Origin: Eledone cirrhosa
Taxonomy: Eukaryota
Assembly (NCBI GenBank): GCA_964016885.1
Contig: OZ024755.1
Span: 25,916,001-25,980,000 of the forward strand
Direction of reading: 5' to 3'
Length of the DNA: 64,000 bases
The position numbers were made by a program, and so were the translations under genes. The stretch's first letter is position 1, and every line of letters starts with the position of its first letter. The notes beneath the pieces were generated by a model. That model was not told the DNA's origin. It ran no database searches and worked only from the letters and a program-made list of their open reading frames with translations. This document shows positions 40,925-54,623 of this stretch, piece by piece.

Positions 40925-41852
40925 CTGGGAAATAAACACAAAAATATTGGCTTTACTTATGTTAACTACTAATTACTATGGCCACTCGTTAAACTGTATT
41001 AATAGGTGTAAATAGGGTGGTGGATTGGCAGTATCGGTAGAGAGTTGGACGCCATGCTTTCCAGCATAGTTACGTCCCTTTACGGTCTGAGTTCAAATCC
41101 CGCCGAGGTTAACTTTGCCTTTCATCTTTACAGGATCGATAAAATAAAGTACCAGTAATGTACTGGGTAATTGGTGGCCTTGTGCCAAAAGTGGAAACAA
41201 TTATTAGGTGTAAATAACAGGTAAGGTTTGATGCAGTAGATGTGCGATAAGAGTTACATCTACTACCTTAGAAATCAGAGGTGACTGAAGATGTATATGT
41301 GGAACCATGATTTCTTGGACAGGTAACAAGGTACTAGTAACTGGTACAATATAAAAACACACCTGAACTTTCATGGGTACATACTCTCAACATTCACACA
41401 ACAATGCACCGAAAATATTTCTTACATCATTTATAGCTAGTTGGAGAAGGCTTTGTTTTTAAAAGAAAAAAAGTTAAAGTCTGTTGTAAGCCGAAGGTTC
41501 ATCAGGTCGGTGCTTATCCCCAGTTTCCGAGTTTTAAGTGACTGAGAGTACAAGACTCTCCCTGGATATGATGCCAGTCTATCGAAGGATTAACTCCCCA
41601 GCTACTGCCAGTACTTATCCCTGGTTTCCTTGGCATTAAGTGACTGAGAATACAGGACTCTCCCTGGATAGGACGCCAGTCTATCGAAGGATTATATTCC
41701 CCAGCTACTGTTGGTACTCACTCTCAGCTGACTGTACTGGAGCAGTGTGAAATAAAGTGTTTTGCTCAAGAAAACAATGCAGCAGCTTGGTGATGATGAT
41801 GATGATGATGATGTGTATATGAGAGAAAAAGAAAGAAAGAAAGTTAACAAAC

Positions 41853-42044
41853 CTCCTCCAAAAAGTTAAAAGTTTTTTTGTAATCTTTCTTGATGAGAAT
41901 AAAATCTCTGCGACCAAACTGCAAGCAGTGTAGAATATGGTGAGAATGGCTGTGTAGTTGGGTGTTGGCAAAACCACTACTGATCCATAACTCAGCTTCA
42001 AATAGTCGGTGGAAATAGGAACCACAGCTTAAACATTGAGGGAT
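41853..42044 (-). CDS. JmjC protein exon 4 (IPQCLSCG...LWISSGFANTQLHSHSHHILHCLQFGRRDF)
   Basis: JmjC core W.SSG.....LHxX motif, 192 nt, phase 0-0. Confidence 0.9.
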
Positions 42045-42149
42045 CTGAAATATTTAGAGAAAACTAAAATTGAATCAAAACTTTCACATAAATTGTTGTC
42101 TTCATTTTCACCCTTTTCATACCAAACAACCTGAATCTACCTCAGGTTC

Positions 42150-44445
42150 AATGATACAAACTGTTTTGTTTAACACTGTTGGAACCAAACCATGTGAAAT
42201 CACCCTTGGTGCTATGATACAAAACTGTTTAGTTTAATACTTTTGGTACCAAACCATGTGAAATCACCCTTGGTTCTATGATACAAAACTGTTTAGTTTA
42301 ATACTTTTGGTACCAAACCATGTGAAATCACCCTTGGTTCTATGATACAAAACTGTTTAGTTTAATACTTTTGGTAGCAAACCATGTGAAATCACCCTTG
42401 GTTCTATGATACAAACTGTTTAGTTTAATACTTTTGGAACCAAACCATGTGAAATCACCCTTGGTTCTATGATACAAAACTGTTTAGTTTAATACTTTTG
42501 GTACCAAACCATGTGAAATCACCCTTGGTTCTATGATACAAACTGTTTAGTTTAATACTTTTAGAACCAAACCATGTGAAATCACCCTTGGTTCTATGAT
42601 ACAAACTGTTTAGTTTAATACTTTTGGAACCAAACCATGCGAAACCACCCTTGGTTCTATGATACAAACTGTTTAGTTTAATACTTTTGGTACCAAACCA
42701 TGTGAAATCACTCTTGGTTCTATGATACAAAACTGTTTAGTTTAATACTTTTGGAACCAAACCATGTGAAACCACCCTTTGTTCTATGATACAAACTGTT
42801 TAGTTTAATACTTTTGGAACCAAACCATGTGAAATCACTCTTGGTTCTATGATACAAAACTGTTTAGTTTAATACTTTTGGAACCAAACCATGTGAAACC
42901 ACCCTTGGTTCTATGATACAAACTGTTTAGTTTAATACTTTTGGAACCAAACCATGTGAAATCACTCTTGGTTCTATGATACAAAACTGTTTAGTTTAAT
43001 ACTTTTGGAACCAAACCATGTGAAACCACCCTTGGTTCTATGATACAAACTGTTTAGTTTAATACTTTTGGAACCAAACCATGTGAAATCACTCTTGGTT
43101 CTATGATACAAAACTGTTTAGTTTAATACTTTTGGTACCAAACCATGTGAAATCACCCTTGGTTCTATGATACAAACTGTTTAGTTTAATACTTTTGGAA
43201 CCAAACCATGTGAAATCACCCTTGGTTCTATGATACAAACTGTTTAGTTTAATACTTTTGGAACCAAACCATGTGAAATCACTCTTGGTTCTATGATACA
43301 AAACTGTTTAGTTTAATACTTTTGGAACCAAACCATGTGAAACCACTCTTGGTTCAATGATACAAAACTGTTTAGTTTAATACTTTTGGAACCAAACCAT
43401 GTGAAATCACTCTTGGTTCTATGATACAAAACTGTTTAGTTTAATACTTTTGGAACCAAACCATGTGAAACCACCCTTGGTTCTATGATACAAACTGTTT
43501 AGTTTAATACTTTTGGAACCAAACCATGTGAAATCACTCTTGGTTCTATGATACAAAACTGTTTAGTTTAATACTTTTGGAACCAAACCATGTGAAATCA
43601 CCCTTGGTTCTATGATACAAACTGTTTAGTTTAATACTTTTGGAACCAAACCATGTGAAATCACTCTTGGTTCTATGATACAAAACTGTTTAGTTTAATA
43701 CTTTTGGAACCAAACCATGTGAAATCACTCTTGGTTCTATGATACAAAACTGTTTAGTTTAATACTTTTGGTACCAAACCATGTGAAACCACCCTTGGTT
43801 CTATGATACAAACTGTTTAGTTTAATACTTTTGGTACCAAACCATATGAAATCACCCTTGGTTCTATGATACAAAACTGTTTAGTTTAATACTTTTGGAA
43901 CCAAACCATGTGAAACCACCCTTGGTTCTATGATACAAACTGTTTAGTTTAATACTTTTGGAACCAAACCATGTGAAATCACTCTTGGTTCTATGATACA
44001 AAACTGTTTAGTTTAATACTTTTGGAACCAAACCATGTGAAACCACCCTTGGTTCTATGATACAAAACTGTTTAGTTTAATACTTTTGGAACCAAACCAT
44101 GTGAAACCACCCTTGGTTCTATGATACAAAACTGTTTAGTTTAATACTTTTGGAACCAAACCATGTGAAACCACCCTTGGTTCTATGATACAAAACTGTT
44201 TAGTTTAATACTTTTGGAACCAAACCATGTGAAACCACCCTTGGTTCTATGATACAAACTGTTTAGTTTAATACTTTTGGTACCAAACCATGTGAAACCA
44301 CCCTTGGTTCTATGATACAAAACTGTTTAGTTTAATACTTTTGGAACCAAACCATGTGAAATCACTCTTGGTTCTATGATACAAAACTGTTTAGTTTAAT
44401 ACTTTTGGAACCAAACCATGTGAAACCACCCTTGGTTCTATGATA
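42150..44445. repeat. 59/60-bp minisatellite, about 38 copies, intronic
   Basis: ttggttctatgatacaaactgtttagtttaatacttttggaaccaaaccatgtgaaatcaccc unit. Confidence 0.97.
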
Positions 44446-44537
44446 TATTAGTTAGTTTAAAGTGTTTATGTTTATCTAAAAACCTTCCAATATAATTTTA
44501 TGTTCCAAATACTAAATTAATAACAAGACAGACAGAC

Positions 44538-44576
<39 letters not shown>

Positions 44577-44661
44577 CAGATAGACAGATAGACACAGACA
44601 GACAGATGATAGACAGGTAGATAGACAGACAGATAGACAGGTAGGTAGATAGATAGTTAGG

Positions 44662-44694
<33 letters not shown>

Positions 44695-44730
44695 GGGTGG
44701 AGCATAGAGAGAGAGAAATGTCTAACTTAC

Positions 44731-44890
44731 TGTAAGTTCATGAGCCATTTGAAGTGGAATGGTGGTGGCCAGGTACCAATCTTCATACATGTAATCAAGC
44801 AGGAATTTCTTGAACTTCATTTGGATATGTCTCTCTTCTTCAGGTTGTTGTTGTTTTCGAATAGTTACAGGTACTGATATATTGCCATAC
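44731..44890 (-). CDS. JmjC protein exon 3 (YGNISVPV...MKFKKFLLDY...WYLATTIP)
   Basis: Open frame, AG/GT, phase 2-0. Confidence 0.88.
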
Positions 44891-45883
44891 CTGAGGACAT
44901 TGCAGGTAAATATATTACAGATGAGACATTGTGACAAGTAAAGATATATTGCCATACTTGGGGACATTGCAGGTGAGAAATTGTGACAGATTTTAAAAAA
45001 AAAACCAAAATTAGTCGTTTAGTTTACATATTGAAACCCTAACCCCTCCTATTTATTTTATAACGTACTAGCAGAAGAGCCCGTCGTTGCTGGGCAAACC
45101 TTTCGCCACTGTAAATAAAGACTCTCCTCTCTCATCAACATGGCTGTCTTTAAATAGCCCCATAACTCTGCTATTTTAGGGGAGAGAAAGATTGGAACTA
45201 TATGTTGACATGCTCTGGGAGCTAAATAACCTATGTATAAAATTTGAACAAAATTGGATGGAAACTATGGAAATGCATCGCCGGCATACAGACAGACAGA
45301 CATTTTCGTTTTTATATATAGATGAGATTTCTAGTAATGTACTTTTTTGTCATGTATGTTTTTTAGTGTATAAAGAAAATTAATTATCACAGGAATGTTA
45401 TCACTTGAAATAAAATTCCGCTGAAGATAGACGAGCAAAATTTAATAAATTTGGGGTTGGAAAAAATCTGAAAAATTAATAAGCAAGGAGATGATTATTC
45501 GCGACCCAAGGGTATATGTTAATTATCACACATAAGATATCAGCCCACTATAGACCTCACATTAATTCTGTAAGCATGGCTGAGTGGTTAAGGAGTTCAG
45601 ATCACAACCATGTGGCTTGAAGTTCAATCTCACTGACTGCATAGTGGCACTATATTCATATATATATAAGTAAGACATGGTCACCCAACCCAACTTGCCT
45701 CTAAATGGGACAAACCCGTCTAACCCATGCTAGTGTGGAAGATAGACATTAATCGGTGACGATGATGATATATACATATATACAGGGTCCCCCTCAAAAT
45801 GTATGCTCACTTCAACAGCATTCTAATAAATATTGCCTGTACAGGTAATCAAAGTGTGTATACATTTTTTTGGGGGGGACACC

Positions 45884-45952
<69 letters not shown>

Positions 45953-46147
45953 AATCCGCAGTGGTCAGGATTTTACACCTTTCTCTCTATATATATGTAT
46001 ATGGGAATGGGTCATTGGTCTAAATTTATGTTTCTCTGTATGCGTGTGTGTTTATGCCCCACAATTTAGCAATTCAACAAAATGAGATTGATAAAAATAT
46101 AGCTGTATAAGAATAAATGAAGAAGTAGAGAAAAGATAATGTTTCAC

Positions 46148-46313
46148 TTTTCTTTTAAGTAGTCATCTTTCTCCCATGTTTTAGCTACAGGAACATTGGT
46201 CATTGCTCCTAACATTATTAGGGGTTTGTTCTCTTGGACATTCTTATAGAATGTCCCTGGACTGGGCATTCCTTTGGTGTCTGGGACTCTACCATCAGGA
46301 TGACGCTGGAATC
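46148..46313 (-). CDS. JmjC protein exon 2 (FQRHPDG...PSPGTFYKNVQENKPLIMLGA...WEKDDYLKEK)
   Basis: Cupin-8 N-terminal pattern (F...V..NKP....GA...W.DDYL), phase 1-2. Confidence 0.88.
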
Positions 46314-46333
46314 CTGAAAAAATAGGTTGGTTT

Positions 46334-46378
<45 letters not shown>

Positions 46379-46764
46379 ATATGTAAAGTGGTAGTGCAGG
46401 TGTCATGATAAAATACACCCAGTAAACTCTGTAAACTGGGTATTATTACTATAATACTATGTACTATATTGACGAGTTGTAGTGCACCTGAGCACTTTAC
46501 ACAATAATTTCATTATTATTATTTAATAAAATGCATCCAATACACTCTGTAAAGTGGTTGGCATTAGAAAGGGTGTGGATGATGGTGTTGGTGACAATGA
46601 TGGTGGTGATGATGATGGTGGTGGTATTGTTGATGATAATAACGTTGGTAATGATAATGACGATGATGTTGATGATAGTGGTGGTAATGATGATGATGAT
46701 AGTGGTGGTGATGATAATGATATTGATGTTGATGATGCTGTTGTAGATGATGATAGTGGTGGTA

Positions 46765-46796
<32 letters not shown>

Positions 46797-46824
46797 ATTA
46801 AAAAAATATTAATTAAAACCTTAC

Positions 46825-47002
46825 CAAGTGGTCTGAGGTGTCCTTCTGGAATCCTAGAATCAGGAGATTTCTCAATCGGTGGAGGGAATATGTAATCCAT
46901 TTTTTGATCCTTCTGAAAACTAATGCGGCATTCAATAAGGGGCCAGTTTATACAACATGACAGCAAAAATAGGAAAATCTGAGAAACTTGGCAAGAAACC
47001 AT
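46825..47002 (-). CDS. JmjC/cupin-8 protein exon 1: signal peptide MVSCQVSQIFLFLLSCCINWPLIEC ... PEGHLRPLG
   Basis: ATG at 47002, hydrophobic N-terminus, donor G|GTAAGG, phase 1. Confidence 0.8.
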
Positions 47003-47556
47003 TGTTATTGTTTAACTAGTTGTTGTTGTTGGTGGTGGTTGTTGTTGTTGTGGTTGTTGTTGGTGTTGTTGTTTGTTTTGCTTTTTTGGTGTTTTGGTGT
47101 CTTTTTTATTGTAATATCAGTTCCACACACACACATATATATATATATAGAGAGAGAGGGGGGGGGGAATATATATATGTTAAATGATGATGATGAGATA
47201 GATATGTGTGTGAAATATATATATATGTATATATATATATATGTATATATTATATAGATAGATATATATAGCAAAATAAATGTGTGTGTGTGATATAGAT
47301 ATAATGTAATATGTAAATTACATATATATATATATATGTATGTGTGTGTGTATGTATAAAAGATATATTAAGTAGGTATATAAAGTTGGTGTATAAAGTA
47401 GGTGTATATATATATATTAAGTAGATATATAAAGTAGGTATATATATATATATATATATAAAGTAGATAGATATATATAAAGTAGGTATATATATATAAA
47501 GTAGGTATGTATAAAGTGGATATATGTTGTTTTGTTCTTGAAGCTCTGTTAAGTAG

Positions 47557-47597
<41 letters not shown>

Positions 47598-48463
47598 GGA
47601 TATATAAAGTAAGTATATATATATAAAGTAGGTATGTATAAAGTGGATATATGTTGTTTTGTTCTTGAAGCTCTGTTAATGTCTGAAATATTTTAATTCA
47701 ACTTATTCGCCACGTATGGGATACAAACTTATAAAGGTCTGTGTGTGTATAATATATGTGTATAGCAGTTATATATGTGTATATGTGTTTATATATGTGT
47801 ATGTGTATAACAGTAACATGTGTGTATGTATGTGTGTCTATGTATGTGTGTGGATGTATGTGTGTGGATGTGTGTATGTCTATAACAGTAATGTGTGTGG
47901 ATATATGTATGTGTGTGGATGTGTGGATGTCTATAACAGTAATGTGTGTGGATATATGTATGTGTGTGGATGTATGTATGTGTGTGGATGTATGTGTATG
48001 TTTATGTGTATGTGTGTGTATGTTTATGTGTATGTATACTTGTGTGTATATGTATGTGTGTGTGTGTATGTGCATATATGTGTGTGTGTGTGTATGTTTA
48101 TGTGTATGTATGTATGTTTGTGTGTATGTGCATGTGTGTATGTGCGCACGTATGTATGTGTGTGTGTATGTATGTGTATATGTGTATGTATGTGAGTGTG
48201 AACGTATGTATGTGTGTATGTATGTGTGAGTGTGTATGCAAGTGTATATGTGTATGTATGTGAGTGTGACCGTATGTATGTGTGTATGCATGTGTATATG
48301 TGTATGTATGTGAGTGTGAACGTATGTATGTGTGTATGTATGTGTGTATGTATGTGTGTATGTATGTGTGTATGTATGTGTGTGTGTGTGTAACAGGTGG
48401 TAACGATGTGATTGGAAACTGATCATTGCTATCTACCAAGAATTGATCTTCTAGACCAGTGAC

Positions 48464-49095
48464 ACCACCATACTACTACCCACACCAGTACTGCTGCCAC
48501 CACCATACTACTACCTAGACCACTACTGCTGCCACCACCATACTACTACCCACACCAGTACTGCTGCCACCACCATACTACTACCCACACCAGTACTGCT
48601 GCCACCACCATACTACTACCCACACCAGTACTGCTGCCACCATCATACTACTACCTAGACCACTACTGTTGACACCACCATACTACTACCTAGACCACTA
48701 CTGCTGCCACCACCATACTACTACCTAGACCACTACTGTTGACACCACCATACTACTACCTAGACCACTACTAGTGCCACCACCATACTACTACCCACAC
48801 CAGTACTGCTGCCACCACCATACTACTACCCACACCACTACTGCTGCCACCACCATACTACTACCCACACCAGTACTGCTGACACCACTATACTACTACC
48901 TAGACCACTACTGCTGCCACCACCATACTACTACCTAGACCACTACTGTTGACACCACCATACTACTACCCACACCAGTACTGCTGCCACCACCATACTA
49001 CTACCTAGACCACTACTGCTGACACCACCATACTACTACCTAGACCACTACTGCTGCCACCATCATACTACTACCCACACCACTACTGCTGCCAC
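48464..49095. repeat. 36-bp tandem repeat
   Basis: caccaccatactactacc(cacaccag/tagaccac)tactgctgc unit. Confidence 0.93.
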
Positions 49096-49102
49096 TACCA
49101 CC

Positions 49103-49164
<62 letters not shown>

Positions 49165-49186
49165 CACCACCACCACCACTACTACT

Positions 49187-49223
<37 letters not shown>

Positions 49224-49689
49224 CAGTAGTAGTAGTAGTAGTAGTAGTAGTAGCAGTAGTAGTGGTGGTGGTGGTGGTGGTGGTGGTAGTTGTAGATAAA
49301 GAAATATAAAAAGAGACAGACCGAAAAATAAGAAAAATCCATTTGGTATTATTGATTGGAAATCTCACTGGGTGTGTTCATGTGGCATATGTGACGTGTA
49401 TGTGTGTCATCATCATCATCGTCATCATCAACGTTTAACGTCCGTGTTCCACGCTTGCATGGGTTTGGACGGGGGTTTTCCCACTTGAGGCAAGAGTGAT
49501 TGTCTTGCTCGCATAGGACTGTCTGGCGGGTTTTCTACAGCTGGATGCCCTTCCTAACAGCAACCACATTTACAGTGTGGGCATGTATGTGTATATATAT
49601 CTGTGTGTGTGCGTGTGTGTATACATGTGTATGAGTGTGTGTATATATATGTGTGTATATGTATATATATATATACATATATGTATGTA

Positions 49690-49736
<47 letters not shown>

Positions 49737-49752
49737 ATATACATGTGTATGA

Positions 49753-49791
<39 letters not shown>

Positions 49792-49889
49792 TACACACAC
49801 TCATACACATGCTCACACACACACACATGCATATATATATATATATATACATACACACACATGCAAATATATATATATATATATATATA

Positions 49890-52265
49890 TGACTATCAAG
49901 TGGCCAGGAGGGAAGCTAGGAGACAAGTGTACTTCGCAAGAAGAGAAGCAGAGGAAAGAAAGTTCAAGCATGTTCTACAACGTGAGGACCAAAAACGTGA
50001 GGTGTTCAGGATTGGTAGGCAATGTGTCAAGGAAAACCGTGATATTGTCGGGGAGAATTGTGTACTTAATGATGATGGTGTACTTGCCATCACTGACGCT
50101 GATAAGAAGGTAGCTTGGAAGTGTCACTACGAAAGGCTTCTAAATGAGGAGAATAAATGTGAGAAAGACAGTCTCCCCCACATCGACCCAATAGAGGGAC
50201 CGGCAGTGTTAGTCGAAGGTAGTATAATAAGTAAGGCAATCAAAGATATGAAGATGGTTAAGGCGGCTGGGCCTTCGGAAATAGTTGCTGAGATGCTGAA
50301 AGCCTCTGGAACGGTGGGACACACCATGGTCACCCGGATAGTAAACCAAGTCATACAGAATGGGGTTGTTCCGAAGGAGTGGCGTAGCAGCATCATCATT
50401 AACTGTTACAAGGGTAAAGGAGATGCCCTAGATAGGAGTAACTATAGAGGCATTAAATTAATCGACCAGGTCATGAAGGTCACGGAAAAAGTTATAGCGC
50501 AACTAATCAGAGAGAGAATTGATCTAGACGAAATGCAGTTCGGTTTTATGTCAGGCAAAAGTACCACAGACGCTCTTTTCATTGTACGACAACTACAGGA
50601 GAAGTACCTAGCTAAAAGTAAACCCCTATACTTAGCTTTTGTTGACTTGGAGAAAGGCTTCGACAGAGTCCCCCGTTCCATTATCTGGTGGGCTCTTAGA
50701 AAACTAGGTGTTGACGAATGGCTTGTGAGAGCTATACAAGCCATGTATAAAGAAACAGTCAGCAAGGTTAGAATTAACAACGAATATAGTGAAGAGTTTA
50801 GTGTAAAAGTTGGTGTCCATCAGGGCTCTGTTCTTAGCCCCCTACTATTTATTATTGCCCTTCAGGCTATAACAGTGGAGTTCAAGACCGGCTGCCCATG
50901 GGAACTCCTATACGCAGATGATCTAACGCTCATAGCTGAATCAATGGCCGAGCTAGAGAAGAAATTCTAAACATGGAAGCATGGCCTAGAATCAAAAGGG
51001 CTTAAAATTAACCTGGCTAAGATTAAAGTTCTAGTTTGTAGGAAAGAAAATAAGGCGACGGTCCCTTCCGGGAAATGGCCATGCTCAGTGTGTAGGAAAG
51101 GCGTAGGTAGAAACTCCATTTTATGTCCCAAATGCAAAGTATGGGTGCATAAAAGATGTAGTGGGATCACAGGTAAGCTAACTAAGAACATAGATTTTAC
51201 ATGTGGCCGGTGCTCTGGTGCAATAAGTAGCAGCAAGTGCCCACAGAATACTAGCTCTTTCAATTGTGCAGAGGGTTCTATAGAAATAGTGGATAGCTTT
51301 CGTTACCTGGGTGACAAAATCAGCAGTGGGGGAGGGTGCTCTGAAAGTAGAGTAGCTAGAGTCAGAACTGGATGGAAAAAGTTCAGAGAGCTTATACCAC
51401 TATTAGCCACTAAAGGGTTCTCCCTAAAAATGAAGGCAGGTTGTATGATGCCTGCATACGAACAGCAATGTTGCATGGCAGTGAGACCTGGGCATTGTGT
51501 GCAGAGGATATACGCAGACTAGAGAGGAACGAAGCCTGCATGCTCCGCTGGATGTGTAATAGTAACATACGTGAACGGCAAAGCATAAGCGAACTAAGGA
51601 AAAAATTAGAAATAAGAGGGATCAGATGTTGTTTACTCGAGATAAGGCTACGTTGGTATGGTCACGTGATGTGCATGAAAGACGACAGCTGTATAACAAA
51701 GTGCAGGGCGATAAAGATAGACGGTAGCTACGGAGTAGGCAGACCCAGAAAAAACTGGGACGAGCTGATAAATTCCGACCTCACACACTTACACCTCTCC
51801 AAGACAATGTCACTGGACCGAGACCTTTGGCGGTACTCAGTAATAGAGAAGACCCGCCTTACCTAAATACAAAGTAAAACCTACTACAGTCAGTAGGCAT
51901 CTCTAACAAAATACACCCCCGTCCCAGCACCCCCACCTCATCCACACCGCCCCTTTCAATGTAAAGTTATGTTGGTGCCACAACATCCAGGCCGAAACAA
52001 ATGAGATCGTGTAGGTGTCACGACAAAAAACACACAGTCCACGCTGTAATGTGGCCGTGTAGGCAACACGGTAAAAACCTCCCAGCCCCACACTGTAAAT
52101 GTGGTTGGTGTTAGGAAGGGCATCCAGCTGTAGAAAACCCGCCAGACAGTCCTATGCGAGCAAGACAATCACTCTTGCCTCAAGTGGGAAAACTCCTGTC
52201 CAAACCCATGCAAGCGTGGAACACGGACGTTAAACGATGATGATGATGATGATGATGATGATGAT
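49890..52265 (+). mobile_element. 5'-truncated RTE-clade LINE (RT with YADD, Cys-rich insert), (GAT)n tail
   Basis: NYRGIKL, AFVDLEKGFD, GVHQGSVLSP, LLYADDL; stop at 50968-70 and a later frameshift. Confidence 0.92.
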
Positions 52266-52295
52266 ATATACACATATATATACACGCACTCATAC

Positions 52296-52362
<67 letters not shown>

Positions 52363-52716
52363 ATCACCTTCATCATTTTCAGTCCATTTTTCCATTCTTG
52401 CCTGGATTGGGCAGATTTACTTGACCACAGTGATGAAATAACAGAACCTACAGTAAAGTGTGGGGGGGGGGGGGGGTAGCGGTGGTGGTGGTGGGGAGTC
52501 TGGTCTCAGGTGGTCAAACCTATCAAAGAAAAGAACAAAGAACTTTATTTCCATCTTTGGAATTTCATCTCTTTCACAGATTTAATACCCCCCCCCTCTC
52601 TCTCGCTCTCTCTCTATATATATGAAGTAATTCCGTCGGAAAAGTCCAGGAAAAAAGAGTGCTCTATGTAGGTAACAGAGCTTAATAGTTATGTAATAAA
52701 CAACATAAGGCAATTA

Positions 52717-52776
52717 TTCCATTTACCAGTGGTTTCTTAAAAGCAAAAGATTTTGCTTTCAATCCTCAGAATGAAA
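52717..52776 (-). ncRNA. Hammerhead ribozyme, mirror copy (family B)
   Basis: Reverse complement of the previous feature, stem I tttcatt/aatggaa. Confidence 0.8.
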
Positions 52777-52853
52777 AAATCCTGGTCTGTTTATTGAATT
52801 TGGATTTTAAAAAAGGTTTTTAAAATCCAAATTCAATAAACAGACCAGGATTT

Positions 52854-52913
52854 TTTTATTCTGAGGATTGAAAGCAAAATCTTTTGCTTTTAAGAAACCA
52901 CTGGTAAATGGAA
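52854..52913 (+). ncRNA. Minimal type I hammerhead ribozyme (family B)
   Basis: ttttatt-CUGAGGA-ttgaaagcaaaa/ttttgcttttaa-GAAA-cc act gg-UA-aatggaa; GUA site. Confidence 0.82.
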
Positions 52914-53020
52914 TAATTGCCTTATGTTGTTTATTACGTAACTATATATATATATATATAAATATATATATATAAAATAAAATAAATAAGTCAAATATTT
53001 AAAATTTGGCTTCGTTTATT

Positions 53021-53060
53021 ACTGCTATATATATTTCGGTGACAGCCATCTTCAGGCAGT
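53021..53060 (-). ncRNA. Minimal type I hammerhead ribozyme (family C)
   Basis: actgc-CUGAAGA-tggctgtcacc-GAAA-tatata-UA-gcagt; perfect 5-bp stem I, palindromic stem III. Confidence 0.75.
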
Positions 53061-53280
53061 CCGAATTGGTGTGGTAGAGACGGGTACACGTGTTGTTGAG
53101 GTGTTTAGCCAAATTTTAAATATTTCACTTATTTTATTTTACATTACTCCGGAGTAACCAAACCAACCTACGCACTTCGTCGAGTGCTCCAATCTACATA
53201 CTGAGGTGTCGGTAAACAACCAACATATACTCAATATATATATATATATATATTAAACGTTTGAAGTTAGAAGGCCAGAA

Positions 53281-53857
53281 CGCTGTATACAGCTATGGTG
53301 CGACCACACTTAGAATTTGCATCACCAGTCTGTAACCCCTATCTTGCTCAGGACATTGACCGCCTGGAAACTGTTCAGAGACGTGCAACCAAGCGAATAC
53401 CCTCCATCAGGCATCTACCATACTCTGAGCGCCTTGCTTCCCTGGGCATGGATTCATTGAAGCTCCGACGCCTGGCAACTGACTTGGTAAACACCCACAA
53501 AATTGTTAACCATGTTGCCAACAACAACCCTGAGTACCTTTTCGATTTCCATGTGTCTAACACACGTGGACATGCCCACAAAGTAAGAAAACAGCACAGT
53601 TCCCATGACTTTCGGAAACATTTTTTCACGCTCAGAGTTGCTGAAGCATGGAACAAACTACCTGCATCAGTTGTTAGCTGTCGAGACACTGCATCCTTTA
53701 AGGCCTCCATGCTTCCCGAGATCCGCCAACACTACAGCTAACACATACACACATGTACTTCCCTGACATTTGTGTATTATTCTATGTACTATATTGACGA
53801 GTTGTGGTGCACCTGAGCACTTTACACAATAATTTCATTATTATTATCATTATTATA
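53281..53857 (+). mobile_element. CR1-like LINE 3' fragment with (TTA)n tail
   Basis: VRPHLEFA.PV.NPY...LETVQRRATK and TRGH..K motifs; short tail copy at about 46455-46525. Confidence 0.85.
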
Positions 53858-54173
53858 ACAATGCAGGTATGGAGATATAATATAAATGTAAAAGATAGCG
53901 CTGACAATTAGTCTTTTACCTTAATTTATTGATATATCCTGATATTTCGAGATAATATCTCTTCAAACACTGGCTTAACCCCTTTACTTTCCTCAGACAA
54001 AGAGATATTACCTCGAAATATCACGATATATCAATAAATTAAGGTAAAAGACTAATTGTCAGCGCTATCTTTTACATTTATATTCTATCTCCAAACCTGC
54101 ATTGTTTTGGCCTTCTAACTTCAAACGTTTATACCTCAATACACAATGCTTCAAGTAAACTACCAATTCCTTC

Positions 54174-54282
<109 letters not shown>

Positions 54283-54623
54283 CAGGAAAGAAGGTTTACA
54301 TGGTTTGCTATACAAAAAAGTTTTTAATCACATAGCTTACATTTGTTTCACTGAACTGGTCTGTCTAGAGATCGCTATCCGCCTAATTTTGCGTCACTCG
54401 ATCGCCAATACAGAATTATAACCAGTCAGATCTTCGGAGCATGCGAGAATGAAGAAAATACACAGGCAAGAAAAGAAAATAAAATATGGAGTAGTTATGG
54501 CATTCAATTACAACAATAACAACAACAATAACAACAATAATTGTTGTTGTTATTGTTGTAATTGAATGCCATAACTACTCCATATTTTCTTTTCTTTTCT
54601 TGCCTGTGTATTTTCTTCATTCT

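Noticed and set aside
41020-41110. tRNA gene
   Set aside because: A/B-box head continues into the shared SINE body; no cloverleaf
42150-44445. CRISPR-like regular repeat array
   Set aside because: Head-to-tail units with no unique spacers, eukaryotic intron, no cas genes
47698-48439. His/Thr- and Cys/Val-rich ORFs
   Set aside because: Compound (TG)/(TATG) microsatellite translations
49040-49368. MDFSYFSVCLFLYFF... as an alternative signal-peptide start for the JmjC gene
   Set aside because: Runs into trinucleotide repeats; no convincing in-phase splice to exon 1, which has its own ATG and signal peptide
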